DNA of 53,959 nucleotides from Bigelowiella natans CCMP2755 (lineage: Eukaryota; Protista; Cercozoa), in contig ADNK01001585.1 in NCBI GenBank assembly GCA_000320545.1, positions 1 through 53,959 of the forward strand. The letters run 5' to 3'. Under the pieces are notes generated by a model. It was not told where the DNA came from and searched no databases. It worked only from the letters and a program-made list of their open reading frames with translations. How positions within the stretch are numbered: the first letter of the stretch is position 1; each line of letters opens with the position of its first letter. The position numbers and the translations under genes are program-made. Below are positions 1 to 13,085 of this stretch, piece after piece.

Positions 1-437
1 TTATTTCATGATTTCGCTGCGGGATGGTCATCATCATCACCACGTACGAACGATCTGGGATCGGGACCTATCCACAACGGCTCCTCCTCCCCTCCTCATC
101 GTGATCCTCCAGCTTCATGCATTTTCTGTTGTCCAGCGTGTATGTTGATGCTCTAAGCAGTGTTTATATAAGATCCATCCACAGCCTCCCTCTGGGGAAG
201 GGGCGTACACATATATGCACATACACATATACACACACATATTTCCCCCCCCTCGTATTATCTCGAGTGTATCGGTTAAGTTATGTCGGATGGCCCTCCC
301 CCTGGTCCTCCGCCTCCATACACATAAGAACACACCCAAGGCGCGTAAGGCGTAATCTCCAACAATAACAAAGCTACAGTGATGATGCGGCGGAGGGAGG
401 TCACGAGGGTGTGTTCGTGTGTGTGTGTGTGTGTGTG

Positions 438-515
<78 letters not shown>

Positions 516-1650
516 ATATTTACATTATTCCTTCTTGAATATCTTCTAAACAATTCTTCGTTTTTAGAAGAGATCACATGTGGCGTGTACCTCGGTAGAA
601 TAGTTTTGCATTATAAAGCACGGCTCTCGGCGATCACCTTCCAAACGTACAAATCCAAAGATGAATTCGAGAAAATATACCAATAATCAAATGTGTACAT
701 AAATGCATGCATACAGATCAGCCCACAGCCTCTCCGTGACTACTGAGTTGCTGCTGCATATCGTTCTACTATCACTGTCGGTCTCTAACTACACGCTGTT
801 TTCTCTACAACATCCAATTACCAGTCGAGGAGAAAGTACAATTTGATATGATCTTCGCATCCTCGAAGAAGAACTGAGTTGCTGTAGAAAGGGAATGGAG
901 AGGGGGGGAGGGGGGGGGGGGGGGATTAGAGATTGTAACCGTGATATCCCCGACAGAAACTAGATGAAAGTGGGCAAAAATGTAGTGCACATTACTTGCT
1001 TTGGCCAGGGAGAAGCAGTCGTAACCAGGTCGGATCTTCGAGGGTTAAATATGGTATTATATACACAGGCACAAAAGGCGGGAGATACGGGGAAACAAAG
1101 GCATTCGTTATTGATGGCCAAACGTGTATTTATTCGATGCTGGATGACAACAAATCGGCAGTTAATATAAGGGGGCTTGAGTCTCTTCCAATACCGACCG
1201 TTGTCGTGACGACGTTGTTCTCCAGAGGCATTGTAGCTTGCATGTACCTACCAAATAGCAACCAAAAACACAGTGAGAAGAATAACTTCACCACAGCGGC
1301 ACAGGAGCGCTATCTACGAAGCTAGATTTGACAATATAAGGCTTGGGAAGAAGGAAGCGGGGGGGGGGGGGAATGCTTACAGCCCCGGGCACTGTACGCG
1401 GCACGGGGCCATTGAGCTCGGCGTGGATTATTTATTACCAAATAACGGCCATGAAAGAAACGATTCCAACGATGATATAAAGAAAGATCTGACGAAAGGA
1501 GTCGGATTGGGGGCGCTTTGAATTAGACAAAGATGATCGATCACTTAGGGAAATCGGTGGCTTTTCTCTTCAACACAGACTGCATACAATGCAGATTGCG
1601 TTGTGCAGCAGCAGCAGCAGCAGCAGCAAATACCGCGATCGCAATCATTA
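1..1650 (-). CDS. Probable multi-exon gene, uncharacterised (possibly secreted; weak pepsin-like flavour)
   Basis: AG/GT-bounded segments on the minus strand read YMQATMPLENNVVTTTVGIGRDSSPLILTADLLSS (~1245-1130), TQFFFEDAKIISNCTFSST (882-821) and FVIVGDYALRALGVFLC (~372-320). A hydrophobic MIAIAVFAAAA stretch lies near 1650. The frame could not be joined end to end and the boundaries are uncertain. Confidence 0.3.
417..512. repeat. Compound microsatellite (GT)n-(AT)n-(AC)n, intronic
   Basis: Read directly. Similar (AT)n, (AC)n, (AG)n, (ATC)n and (AGT)n tracts fill many introns across the window. Confidence 0.95.
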
Positions 1651-2119
1651 GTGAAAACAACGACGATGCGAATTGCGTGCGGATATTATGGTGATGCAAG
1701 TTATGCAATCTTACCGCTAAAGTCGCTAGTCTTGGGAGAGGGGCAATAGGCTTTCTCGTGTCCTGCATCGGCCAAACAAGCATCAGTCACACACGCGCGC
1801 AAACACGCACAGAAATGTAAACAGATCACTCGCTTGTGTGGAAACGGCATTGCGAGATTGGGAAGGGGCATGCATTCTACACAAAACGTGCAGGGCAGCT
1901 TGCGTATCTGCCTCAAGGATGTTGCGTGTACTTCTTAAAGAAAAATAAACAATACCGGATTGATGAATGGAGCTGGTAAGGGTACGGCTTTAAACAGTTT
2001 CTTGGTCCAAGATTTCGCTTTCTTCTTCTTCTTCTTCTTCACCTTCCTCCCCTCGCCCCAAGCCTGGACGAACAGGAATATAGAATATATTATAAATATA
2101 CATTTGTATATAATATATA

Positions 2120-2152
<33 letters not shown>

Positions 2153-2582
2153 CTCACTATATTCATATTTACTATTCTCAGCGGAGTCGATAACTCCGAT
2201 CTCTCCCCAGCATTGGCGAGCGCAATATATTGCTATCAACGCGAGAGCTGCAGTAGCTACTGCACAGATGCAGGTGCCGTATCATCGTGTGAGAGCCGAG
2301 AATTCATTATTTCTCTGCTGCAATATACGTGGCATTAAGAAAGGGTCATCGCCCACCTCTTTATTCGGTCCATCCATAGCATCCTGATACACACAACATC
2401 GCGGCAAGTTTCAATCCATCGTCTGCATCATTGCACTACTCGAGAGCGTCTTTTATAGCCCCTTATTGCAGCTCTTCGCTTTGCACGCGCGTGTTCAATA
2501 CAAACTGCATTTTTCGAAACGACTGTTTTTCTCACGTATCCGTTGTATTTCGAGGTCACAAATAATATATAAAAGAAACATT

Positions 2583-2771
2583 TTATGATGCTTCATTCAT
2601 CAGAGTGTCCTATCTCACCTTGAATTCTTCGTCGCTGTCCTCTGAAGTCGAGCTATCTCCGGAGGAGTCATCATCAGAGGAACTTAATGAGAGGATAAAA
2701 CAAATCGCTTACGTCAGCTATAGGCGGGAGCGCATCTACTTCCGCTTGTAACACACGACATATAGTAAAAT

Positions 2772-2858
<87 letters not shown>

Positions 2859-4306
2859 CATTGATATAATGTACAACACGAAAGTCTCTCGAGTGCTGCT
2901 GTTACACGGCTGTCACGTAGTGATTGTGCGTCATCACCTAGAGCCCTTAATTTTCTTGATTCTCGCCCTCATGTCCTTACGCATATCCTCAATACCTTTG
3001 TCCATCTCCGTAAACCTGGTTGACGCGAAAAGCATCATATCAGTCTTTTCGCAAGGGATCTCATCTAATTGTCTTTGCCGAAGTGTTCAAAGAATGAATA
3101 CGATATTTCTAGTCCCCGAGATGATGGATAAGAATCATTTGTTGTATTCGTTATCATCCTGTAGCATGGTTTGACCTCTTTTTCATCTTTTTCTCCAATA
3201 AACGGATAATTTTTCTCTCCTGGAAATTTGATAGAAACAAGCAAGTTCAGAAAGCAGCTCTGAGCTAATACCATCATCACCAACATCATTATCATCATTA
3301 TCATCGTCATCAGACAACGCAATCGCCCACGTGCATATTCGAAGCAATAGTCATCACCAATTCCTTCTCCTTTTCCTTTTGTTTATTAATTTTCTTCATC
3401 ACTGAGAGGCCGATGTCTCCCAGCAGCTAGGAGGGAAATGAGGGAGGGGGGGGGTGGGGAAGGGAAATACAGAAATTAGAATGAACTACATCCCTCTGAT
3501 TTACTCTTTCCTCTTACATTTCCAGCTTTATTCTCCTGAATAGGAAACAAAACAAAGATCAGCGTGTGTGCGAGGGCGTCTCCCTCACAACGCGAAGCAT
3601 AGCCAAAAACAAGACGGAGAGCAAGCGTCCGCTGCTGCCTGCTCCTTGCATTGGAAACACATATCTGCAGTTTGTAGTTACGGACATCACCTCAGGCTTC
3701 TCCGGGGGAATAACGATGAGCTCTTCTTCCTGCGCCTATGAGTACGAAAGGAAGACACGGAAAAGGGAAGGGGGGGGGGGGCAGTTTCGAAGCTATCAAT
3801 TTTTGACATCAGATTTGGCAAGATTCTGATGACCATCTATGTGCTATGGTCTAGAGGTATATAACCCATGATTTCTTGCTCGCAGGAGGGTTTCGGGTTC
3901 CCTGGAACGATCTACGGTCAAGAACACCAACCAGCAATGGCGTGAATAAAGCGGTTTTCAACAGCGACAACTACTCGCTTTCTGAACGAATGCGTGGTGT
4001 ATGAATCGGCTTGCGACCAGCCCAAGAATGGGCGCTAGTTTTCCACTTGAAAGAGAAACAATCTACAGAGTCCGCTGAAACGGAGGAGTGCATCATCACG
4101 AAGCGTCTCCATTCGATAATACTGAGCGTAAGGTTTGCTGTGATTACTCGTTGAGCTGTCCTTGGAAAGTCCCTTGGAACGACTTATCTAGATTCGCCAT
4201 ACTTTCAACGCCTAACCAACAATCCAGAGAGGAGTTTGTTATTACGAGAAGCAAGGTAATAAAATAGACACACACGCGTACGCGCGCGTGCGCGCGCGCG
4301 CGCGCG

Positions 4307-4361
<55 letters not shown>

Positions 4362-4627
4362 GAATAGAGCGCCTCCTCCATCATATGAGAAGACAAGGAA
4401 ATAACCCCGCTTCCAAACTCTCAACGTGCATACTTGACTACCTTCATTGTAGCTCATTCCCAGCCTATCTTGGATTGCACCCTGTCTATGCATTGACGAC
4501 CGTGTGCGTCTGGAGGCACTAGTAATTGTAACAGAGATTCAGTGAAGAACTCGGCTGAGGACGAACAGCCGTTCGTGTTTACGTTCAAAGGCATCAATTG
4601 CTTGATGAATGAAAATCGGTTGGTATG

Positions 4628-4663
<36 letters not shown>

Positions 4664-5261
4664 TATATATATATTATTATTTTTATATATTGCAGAGAAC
4701 TGCCATGTGCCCCTGTGTGTATGAGCGCGCGAATTCTTGTCTGTGTGCGCGCGCGCGCGCGTGTGTCTGTGTGTTTGTTAATCTATTCTCGTTTTAAGGA
4801 ATGGTAAGACACATACCCTAGAGTCTTGAATGCACTCGTTTTTGTGCGTTTAATGGAGAAGTTTGGGGAGACGGTGCTGTTCTTCCTACTCAGGCTCGGC
4901 GTCGCCTTTTTAATGTAAAATATGATTATGCACACATGGCGCGCATATTGGAAGGGTGGGAGAGTGCCAAAGAGAGAGAGGAGAAATATGAAGAAGAGGA
5001 GGGAGGAGGGGATTTAAAGATTGTGGAGCGAAGATGATGTTTGCGTGCTTTCAACCTGCTGTTTTTTCTCCTTGTCGGGTACTAGGACCGACTTTTTAGA
5101 CCTCCACTGTTTCAATTTCTCCTCCATTTTCTTTTTCCGTACTCTGTTGATTTCACAATGTTTGGAGTTTACAAAGACACCAGAGTGGGCGTATTCTCGC
5201 GCGTAAATATGCTCGTAGGAGCAACAGTGCAACTTGGGGACGGGGGTAATATGTGTATCAT

Positions 5262-5298
<37 letters not shown>

Positions 5299-5807
5299 AA
5301 TATTTATACATATTATAAAAACAGAACATGGAACAGCGGGGGATAATGCTTACATTTCATTCTTTTTGGCCTTCTCTGCAAGAACGATGTTCTTCTTAAA
5401 CACCTACCCACAATCAAGTTTACAGAAAATTGTCGGAATTGACCGATAGGAAGCATACACAGCAGCCAGCTAGGGCACAAGCTGGAGGGGATTGCCCACT
5501 CTTTCCTGGCGTGCGCACGTACCTGTGCAGGTTTCGCTGTGGTTACACCGTATGCGGAATGCGCCTGGAGAGATATGTTACAATGTATGAATTATACACC
5601 ATGATCTAACGTACAACAAGTAGGGTCGGTAAGACCCCGTCCTTCCTCTCCGCTAGGTTTCTTCGCATATGCTATCAATATGCTTGCATTGTGATTAGTA
5701 ACAAGCCGCTTCTTTCGCAATAAAGCTATGTTGGGTACACACCCTACTAGCCATTCTGACGGTCTTTGGCAGCGCCTTCTTGCCAGGTTTCGTGGCGCTT
5801 TCGCCAT
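2583..5807 (-). CDS. Multi-exon gene, charged low-complexity hypothetical protein
   Basis: GT-AG exons join in frame: AHSAYGVTTAKPAQ|VFKKNIVLAEKAKKNEI|VRKKKMEEKLKQWRSKKSVLVPDKEKKQQ|ATPSLSRKNSTVSPNFSIKR. Later exons read AQEEELIVIPPEKPE|ENKAGN|LLGDIGLSVMKKINKQKEKEKEL|ERKIIRLLEKKMKKR and an acidic DDSSGDSSTSEDSDEEFK tail. The middle part (3.8-4.6 kb) is unresolved, so this could be two genes. Confidence 0.5.
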
Positions 5808-6211
5808 CGGAAGGCCTAGCAAAGGTGTGATTGATGTATTGACAAACGCAAGAGACATGTACGATGTGTAGGAATAAGTCATTACCGCATGTCTCGCCGC
5901 AGGTAAGCGAGGGGCGGAGAGGCCTAGCTTGGTTTTCCTCCCCCTTCTCTTGACTTCCTAAGATGGACTAGATCGAGTCTGATGGATCCTGTTTGCATTT
6001 GCCGTTATCGGGCGTAACGTTTTTGTGGAAGTGATTTTTATGATGATTGCCTTCAATTTGTCTGTGCGACAACGCTTTTACAGCTGGATATATCATCGAA
6101 ATGGCGCAACAAAAAGCATCAGGAATGAAAAAAATATGGGATATTTTCGACCTGCGACAACTCAAATAATGCATAATGTACTATGTTAAATGTGTGTGCT
6201 AATTTCGTACG

Positions 6212-7765
6212 CATCGCCCACTCTTGCATGACCCTTCTGAGCCGAAGTCCAGGAAGTCGTGCAAGCCGACAGCAACAACCTGACAGACGATGAGCGGAGT
6301 CTCATGTCGAGTCGCAGTCACCAGGACTGGTTGAAAACAACCAACGAAGAAAGGCTAGCGAAAATTGGGAAAATCCCCATGCTAGCATTCTGAAACTGTT
6401 GCAGACTGGCAAATGCCTGACCTGCAACAAGCAAGGAAACCATTTGTGATGACGTAGTTGAGTAGGAGTCAAATCTCTGATCTAGTTCACAAGTTCGGCT
6501 ACACACATTAGAGACATTTGCATTGGTCGGACGACAGCATCATTCAGCTAGCCAGGCTGTTGCGGCGCGCACCCTTGCTCGCGGCAAGGGGGATTCACTC
6601 CCAAGGGTTTTGGTCCGTGTCATGCTCGGAATCCAATCCAAACTTCTTCCGAAGCACCACAGAAGACTTCTGGACGTGTGAGAAGGTCCAGAATTGTCCA
6701 GAAAGGGGTGCAAAAAAGTGGATTTTCAAGGAAAAAAATCGAGGGCAAAAACTTTGGGTGCCGCGGAAAGGGTCCACTTTGCGTGTTGGCTCAAAAAAAC
6801 ATGCTCAGAGGCCGTGTCAACAGCAACTCCATCACCTCCAGAAGTTCCACTCCAAAGTTCGCAAAATTGAACGTTTCCGCGCCAAAAAGGTGCTTTTTTT
6901 TTGTGGTTTTGACTTTGGTGAGTTTTCGATGTGTGGCTCCTGGCGGCCTGCACGGTGCCGATGCGGCAATCAATGAAGCTGGATGTGATGCGCGACGCGT
7001 AGCTCCAGAGCTGCTTGGGATTAGACGCACGAGCAAGACGTGTGGGCACGATGGCGCACACTGGCACACTTTGTGCGTGCCCAGCGCGCGCGCACGCAAG
7101 CACTCACAGCTTCCCACTCTGATGCACACTCGTCACTTGATCATCAAATTGAAGCTAGACACGTCGCGACGTCGCGCACGACTGGATGATCGACGCTGCG
7201 CACGTGATCAGTCACACACGCTGGTGCACACATCGATGGGAAGGGCGGGAATGATGAACAATGAATGATGAACAAAGCATTGATCAAATCTGCATGCGCC
7301 AGGGAAGTGGGTTGGGCACATCTGAGACATCCCAGTGACTCGATGCCAAGAGTTCCGCCAATGTGCATCTTGGGCAATTTCACTGGACACTTTGTGGATG
7401 GTTTTTGAAGAAAACATTGAGGAATTTGAACAAAATTTGCATTTTTTTGGGTGAAATCGAACAAATTTTCCCGGCTGACGCCGGGGCATAACCGCCGAGC
7501 ATGATACGGACCAAAACCCTTGGGAGTGAACCCCCCTTGGCTCGCGGCATCAACTTCTGGCTCATTGCGAAGAGAAGAGAGCATCTGCTTGCACACAAGA
7601 TCACACAGACTTCGTCACAGACAAACAACGCTTGTAGAACGGCACACATATATGTGGACATATGTCCATATACATAATCATGTGCTAGCTAGCTAGGTAG
7701 CACACTCAACGACATGAATGTCGTCCTGCTAGCCTGAATGCACACTAGCTAGCTAGCACATGCAA
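6212..7765. other. TpA-depleted island 1 (contains a MITE)
   Basis: No TA at 6551-6999 or 7158-7488. Most survivors before 7480 are CTAG, GTAG, TTAG or CTAC. (CTAG)n runs occur at 7685-7757. Confidence 0.85.
6585..7539. mobile_element. Non-autonomous DNA transposon (MITE), hAT- or P-like, 955 bp
   Basis: 45-bp terminal inverted repeats at 6585-6629 (CAAGGGGGATTCACTCCCAAGGGTTTTGGTCCGTGTCATGCTCGG) and 7495-7539 match at 43/45. A perfect 8-bp target-site duplication GCTCGCGG lies at 6577-6584 and 7540-7547. An 8-bp TSD with CAAGG ends fits hAT (YARNG) or P elements. No transposase was recognised. Confidence 0.9.
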
Positions 7766-8315
7766 GTTAACGGAAAACGTATGGGACATGCACTCGAGGC
7801 AATCGTCCATCGGAGGGAGCGGAGGAGAGGAAAAACCCAATGCAATATCCCATGTGTTTTTTCCATTACACCGCGCAGCACAGCATTCTCGTACTTTATT
7901 TGCTCGTCTATGTGTCGCATGCGAACTCAAGCATCACGGCGCCGAAAAATATGTAGCATACGTGTTAATATTGCGAGTGCTGCAACTAATAGGCACAGCT
8001 CTCTAGCTCTGCTGCCACGACTGCATGGCGTCGGCGCTACCCCCCTTTCCGTGCCTGCAGTGTATATGTCACATAGCAGCGAAGTCGGGTAACATATTTA
8101 AGTCATCCTGCTATTATTATCGTATTCCAATGTTATTTCTAAGTATCTGGAACGTATATATGAACATTAAATGGGAGCGATATTATTATCGGTAGCCTTC
8201 TTCGCTGCCAGTCTGGATTATGAAAACCAATAGATAATTATGGCAGGAGTCACGCTAATTAAATATTCGCAATCAATATAATCACATCTAAAGTGTTGAG
8301 AATCATAGGCAAATG

Positions 8316-8360
<45 letters not shown>

Positions 8361-8576
8361 AAAGTATATGCGTGTGCGTGTGTGCGTGTGTGCGTGTGTG
8401 CGTGTGTGCGTGTGTGCGTGTGTGCGCGTGTGCGCGTGTGCGTGTGTGCGTGTGTGCGTGCGTGCGTGCATGTGTGCATGTGCGCGCGCGATGATAAAAT
8501 GTAAATAACGTAAGATTGATAGAACTTGAATTATTGGTAGCAAAAGATTTTCAAACATATGGGAGTAAAAAAAAAA

Positions 8577-8643
<67 letters not shown>

Positions 8644-8699
8644 AGGGTTGGGCGGGGGGCGGGAATATATAGAGAGATGCATTTCTAGTTAATGAAATA

Positions 8700-10587
8700 A
8701 ATGTGATCGACGACCTGAATCGAAGGTCTCCCTCCAACGGATGATCGAAATCCCTCGTCAGATATTTTAGCCTACAATCGTACTTCGGGGTCAACATTCG
8801 ATTTGGTCCTTACCCACTCAATCCACCCCTTTCCCTTCGCTCATTCATTGTCACACAGAACATATATATTAGAGAGAGAGGGACGGAGAACTAAAGAGAG
8901 TACATGTATGCCATAGTGAAGAATGACTCTATTCATTCGAAAGACCTTCATGTAGTTTTGATTCAGATGCAACTTCGATATGCCCTCCTGCAGGCCAACG
9001 GCAAAAAACAAACCATAAATCACCGCAACGCAACTGCGCACGCCTACTCGCTTTTTATACTAAAACGTGATTCCTATCATGTACACATTTTCCCTAAAGT
9101 TTCAATGCTCAAACAGCTTCTTCGTATTTGGAATAGCAATAGAGATGATACTCCATCTAGTCTAATAGACGAGCCTTCTTACCGTAGCGGGGGAAAGAGC
9201 GCCGTCCCCTCCTAAAGCATCTGGTAGTTCATACATCCAGGTTGTTGACCGTCAAGGAGTATCGACTTAGGGAGATCACGTACCAATCAGTCATGGAAAA
9301 AACAAAAACTGCTGCTCTCAATGGTGCCGCAGAACCATGGGTTTGAAACAGCTTTTGCCAAAGCTGCTACCATCACTTATCCCTACACTCTACCAAACCG
9401 CGCGGTGCTTGAATGCAAAACAATATGACGTGGGATAATCAGAAGGGACCTTTCGAAAACCCGTGAGGCGTGTTTGCAGAGCTTGACGATGACGCTGCTT
9501 GAGCTGCTAGTATCGTAGAGGCCGCCAGCGGGTTCAAACCTTCATTAGCGTTCTGCTCTTTTCTAGATCTGAGCATCGCCCGCACCCAATCCCGCCCATC
9601 AGTGGCTGTCTTAGCTGCGGTTGCGGTGGCAATAGCCAAATAGCATAGACCTGGCAAGTGAATGGTATTAAGGAGGCTGTTAGTCGAAGCTTTCGAGATT
9701 TTCTACGAGAGTTTTAAACGCAAACAACGATGGCGTCACCACTGGCAAGGTTAGAAGTAATATCCATTGCTTCGAAAACGAGAGATGCACGTACGTCTTA
9801 GCCTGCAAGCCCATCTCCGCCCCCCTTTCGTCAAATCCTTATTTGCTTCAGCACTGCTGTTTCGGATAGGCGCATTTTTCTTCACCATAGGAGATGGGAG
9901 CTGCCCCTGGGTATGTCTAGTCCAGAGCCTCCAGCGCGTTGAGTTTGTTGTGTCTGTGGCGGTGGTGATGTATTAACCAACGGGTCAATGCAGCGCATAC
10001 AGAGCGAGAGCTTCTGTTAGCGATCAATGAACGCTCCAGCCCTCTAGAGTTCTCAAAACCTAACCCCTTCACGAAATACCCTTGGCTCTCATACAAGTAA
10101 GATAAAAAATAAGGAAGAGTATAACTTACTTCGAACAAAGCCTACGAGCGAATGGGATGGCGGGGACGGCGTGCGGGTCTTCTTTTTCTTCGCATCATCG
10201 TTTGTAGCAGACGTGGAGACTGAGAAAGATAAAAGCCCAATCGCGGGAGCTGTGATTTTCCAGGATGTCCATCTTCCAACACCTGAAAGGGGGGTTTTAA
10301 AATTGTAACTTTGTATTGTGGTGAAGTTATAATGGGTCGGTCTTTGATTTGCAATTATGCTACGAATGCCACGAAGAAGGTTGTTTTCGTTTTTACCTCT
10401 GCTATCGCTGCATTCTAATGAAGGTCTGGCGTTCGTCGTTGAAATTACTAGTGCTACGAATGCTAAAGAAACCGTCCAAGAAGCCCTGGACTGATGTAGG
10501 AGTGCATTCAGATGTTGGGTGATCGTTGAGATTAGGTTACGAATGCCATGAAAGCAAAGCAAGCACGGGAGACAGATCCGAAGACAT
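8700..10587 (-). CDS. Probable multi-exon hypothetical gene
   Basis: Splice-bounded open segments include SQGYFVKGLGFENSRGLERSLIANR, GLCYLAIATATAAKTATDGRDWVRAMLRSRKEQNANE and QLWQKLFQTHGSAAPLRAAVFVFSMTDW. No family was recognised and the ends are uncertain. Confidence 0.35.
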
Positions 10588-11055
10588 GGATGAATTTTTC
10601 TAGTTAGTTTCCATGTTATTTGTGGCCTCAAAGTATCACATTTAAATAAAAAGAGGGTGGCAGGCTTAGGTCGACTTAGAACCCCCCTTCGAACTGACCT
10701 CGGGCACCATTCCCGCGAAAATTACCTCCTTGAACAAGTGCAATTTTATTGATACGACAACAAATATGTGCGAAAATGGGTCCCAATCGCATTCTATTTC
10801 TTGAATCTCTTGCTAACGCCGGGATGTTCTGGGAGTTCTAGGCAAGTTATCCGCTACGGCCGTAAAAAAACCTTGTATTTTATAGTGACGACATGGAAAA
10901 GAAATCACCAAGCTCTAGAAGCCCGCGCTAGTGCTACTGATATACTGATAGCTGAACTGGGAGATAGTCCAACAAAAGGATGCTATTTTCATATAAAAGA
11001 CAATAAAATATCGATGACGCAGTAGTAAACTATTTCACAAATTTACCCGCTTCCG

Positions 11056-12598
11056 ATGATGGCATTCAGAGGCCTGCACACAGCAAAGCTTCGAACAGAT
11101 TGGCCGCTTAGGAGAGCAGGTGTAAGCAGCACTCTTCTTTCAAGACAAATTGCCTTTCAAACATGTCTTTCGTTTTCTCCCTTACTGAGAGGCATCGTGG
11201 TGTTCACATAGCGCGGAGACGAATCATCGCGTGTCGGCGGTATGGACGAGATGTTAAATCTAGCACCTATTCCCTTACGCCGGCGCAGATTGATAGCTTC
11301 TACGATAGGGGTTATGCCCACCTCCCAAACTTTCTTACTGAGGTCGAGCTGGAGCCGATCGAGGCCATCTAGTACATACAATAATGCTAACGGGAAACGA
11401 CGATGTCGTATCAAAACACAGAACTAGGTTTGATTTTTATTATCCACCTCATGTATCACTTTCTCCCGGACCCTGGCCAATGTGACACTCGCACGTCTCG
11501 GTGCGTATCATGTATGGATCTACGCTAAAAATGGACATCAGCAACCGCTTCATGTCGCGCGAAATCGATGTTCCAGGAAAGGACTTCTGCGATATGAGCA
11601 AGGGCTACGACACCGCGTAAGATAACAACTAATGATATAATTGCCAACGAATACGTGTTCAAAAACGATAAGATTGTTTTGATGAAAACGACGTAGCAGC
11701 CTGTAGGAGTGCACTCGTACAGAAAATGCTTCTAGTACCTCATACAAATCTAACACTTGGTTTGTCTAGGGGGGGGGTATGTGTCTGCGTGTGTTGAGAT
11801 GCATATTTACAACTTTTTCATCAATACAGCTTCGAAGACTTTAGCATTGTAAACTGTATGCTACCAAGAGTGTATCACCCCCCTCTACAAGGCAACATCT
11901 ACGAAAAGCTTTCAGCCTCCGTTGCAAAGCAGCTATTTCCTGAAATAAACATGGTTATCGACTACGATCAACTGCTCAACAAAAGACCAGGGAAAACGGA
12001 CGCTGTATTTGCTTGGCACCAAGACATGGTAATATTCATACGGTGACTGCATTAACGATGCAGCGGGGTAGAGGGATCAGGCTTTTATGGTGTCTTTGTT
12101 TGCTTCGTCCTAAATATTTCTCATCTTTTTTTTTTCCCATCCATCTTCCTAATATGTCTGCTGAAGGCCTACTGGCCACCACCTTCAATTACGCCTGACA
12201 CGCGAACGGTAACGTTTTCTCTGGCTTTGGACACGACGACACCGGAGAATGGCTGCCTGTTGTTTGTCCCGGGTTCAGGAGTAGGGAAGGAGCTACGGCC
12301 TCATGTACCGCTTAAAAACAACCGAGACGAATCGCACACTATCGCTATAGATGTTGGTGATGAGGAAGAGCAAGTTCATCTCGAGGCAAAACGCGGTGAC
12401 GTCACCATTCATGACGAATGGGTCGTGCATGGATCTCGAGGAAACCAAACGCAAGGTGATCGCCGTACATATGTCGTTGCCTTCCGAACGGAGGAAACTG
12501 TGTCCCGTGAGCGTGCTCTAGGTTTCACACATAGTCACAATGCGGAGTTTAGCTGGGACAAGTGGATTGATCCTCCCTCGCAGTCTCCGTCTATATGA
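11056..12598 (+). CDS. Phytanoyl-CoA dioxygenase (PhyH) family Fe(II)/2-oxoglutarate dioxygenase
   Basis: Exons read LTPAQIDSFYDRGYAHLPNFL, GKDFCDMSKGYD, DYDQLLNKRPGKTDAVFAWHQDM|AYWP, LALDTTTPENGCLLFVPGS and GDVTIHDEWVVHGSRGNQTQGDRRTYV. These give the HxD...H facial triad and the 2OG-binding Arg. The Arg-rich N-terminus resembles a transit peptide. Confidence 0.92.
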
Positions 12599-13085
12599 CA
12601 TTCGATCTCATATGCAACTTGATATAACATTACACTTCAGCACTAGTACAGCGTTTTATCAGCATCATGCGATGTGTCGCATCAGTGTGCATTCATGCAT
12701 TTCAGTATTTTAAAAAGATAGCACGTCTATGTATTGTAAAAGCATAATACATGCAATACTCGCACCTGTACTCGCCAGCATACAGGCTAGCAGGTGTGCA
12801 GGGGAAAAGTAAGTTACAGGACATGTCAGCATATGCGTTATACATATTGCAATACATAAATTCCTAAATGGTTTATCTAACATATAAAGTATACGACACC
12901 ATGCAGCCATTTTAATCCCGTAGTAATGACACAGTCGCAACGCGACGCGTCGTTCTGTCGCTGCTTAACTTGCCCTTCAGCTTTGAACATACAAAAACTT
13001 TCCAATAGGTTGAGCTCGACATATTTCTATGCTTTAAATTAAACTAACTCCCAATAATGGCACACATACGTGACCAAAGAGACCA

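Noticed and set aside
115-686. ORFs with YIYI/CVCV/THTH/SLSL runs, here and throughout the window
   Set aside because: These are translations of intronic microsatellites.
6518-7661. Cluster of overlapping 90-200 aa ORFs
   Set aside because: The longest plus-strand ORFs are Tyr-free and rich in Cys/His. They arise because TA loss removes TAA/TAG stops inside the MITE, and they show no domain motifs.
9280-9370. G-alpha-like phrase AAVFVFSMTDW
   Set aside because: No P-loop, DxxGQ or NKxD motif could be found in neighbouring exons.
12600-13080. Possible seventh TA-depleted island between convergent genes
   Set aside because: Only ~45 bp (12660-12705) look TG/CA-rich; TA is normal elsewhere in the gap.
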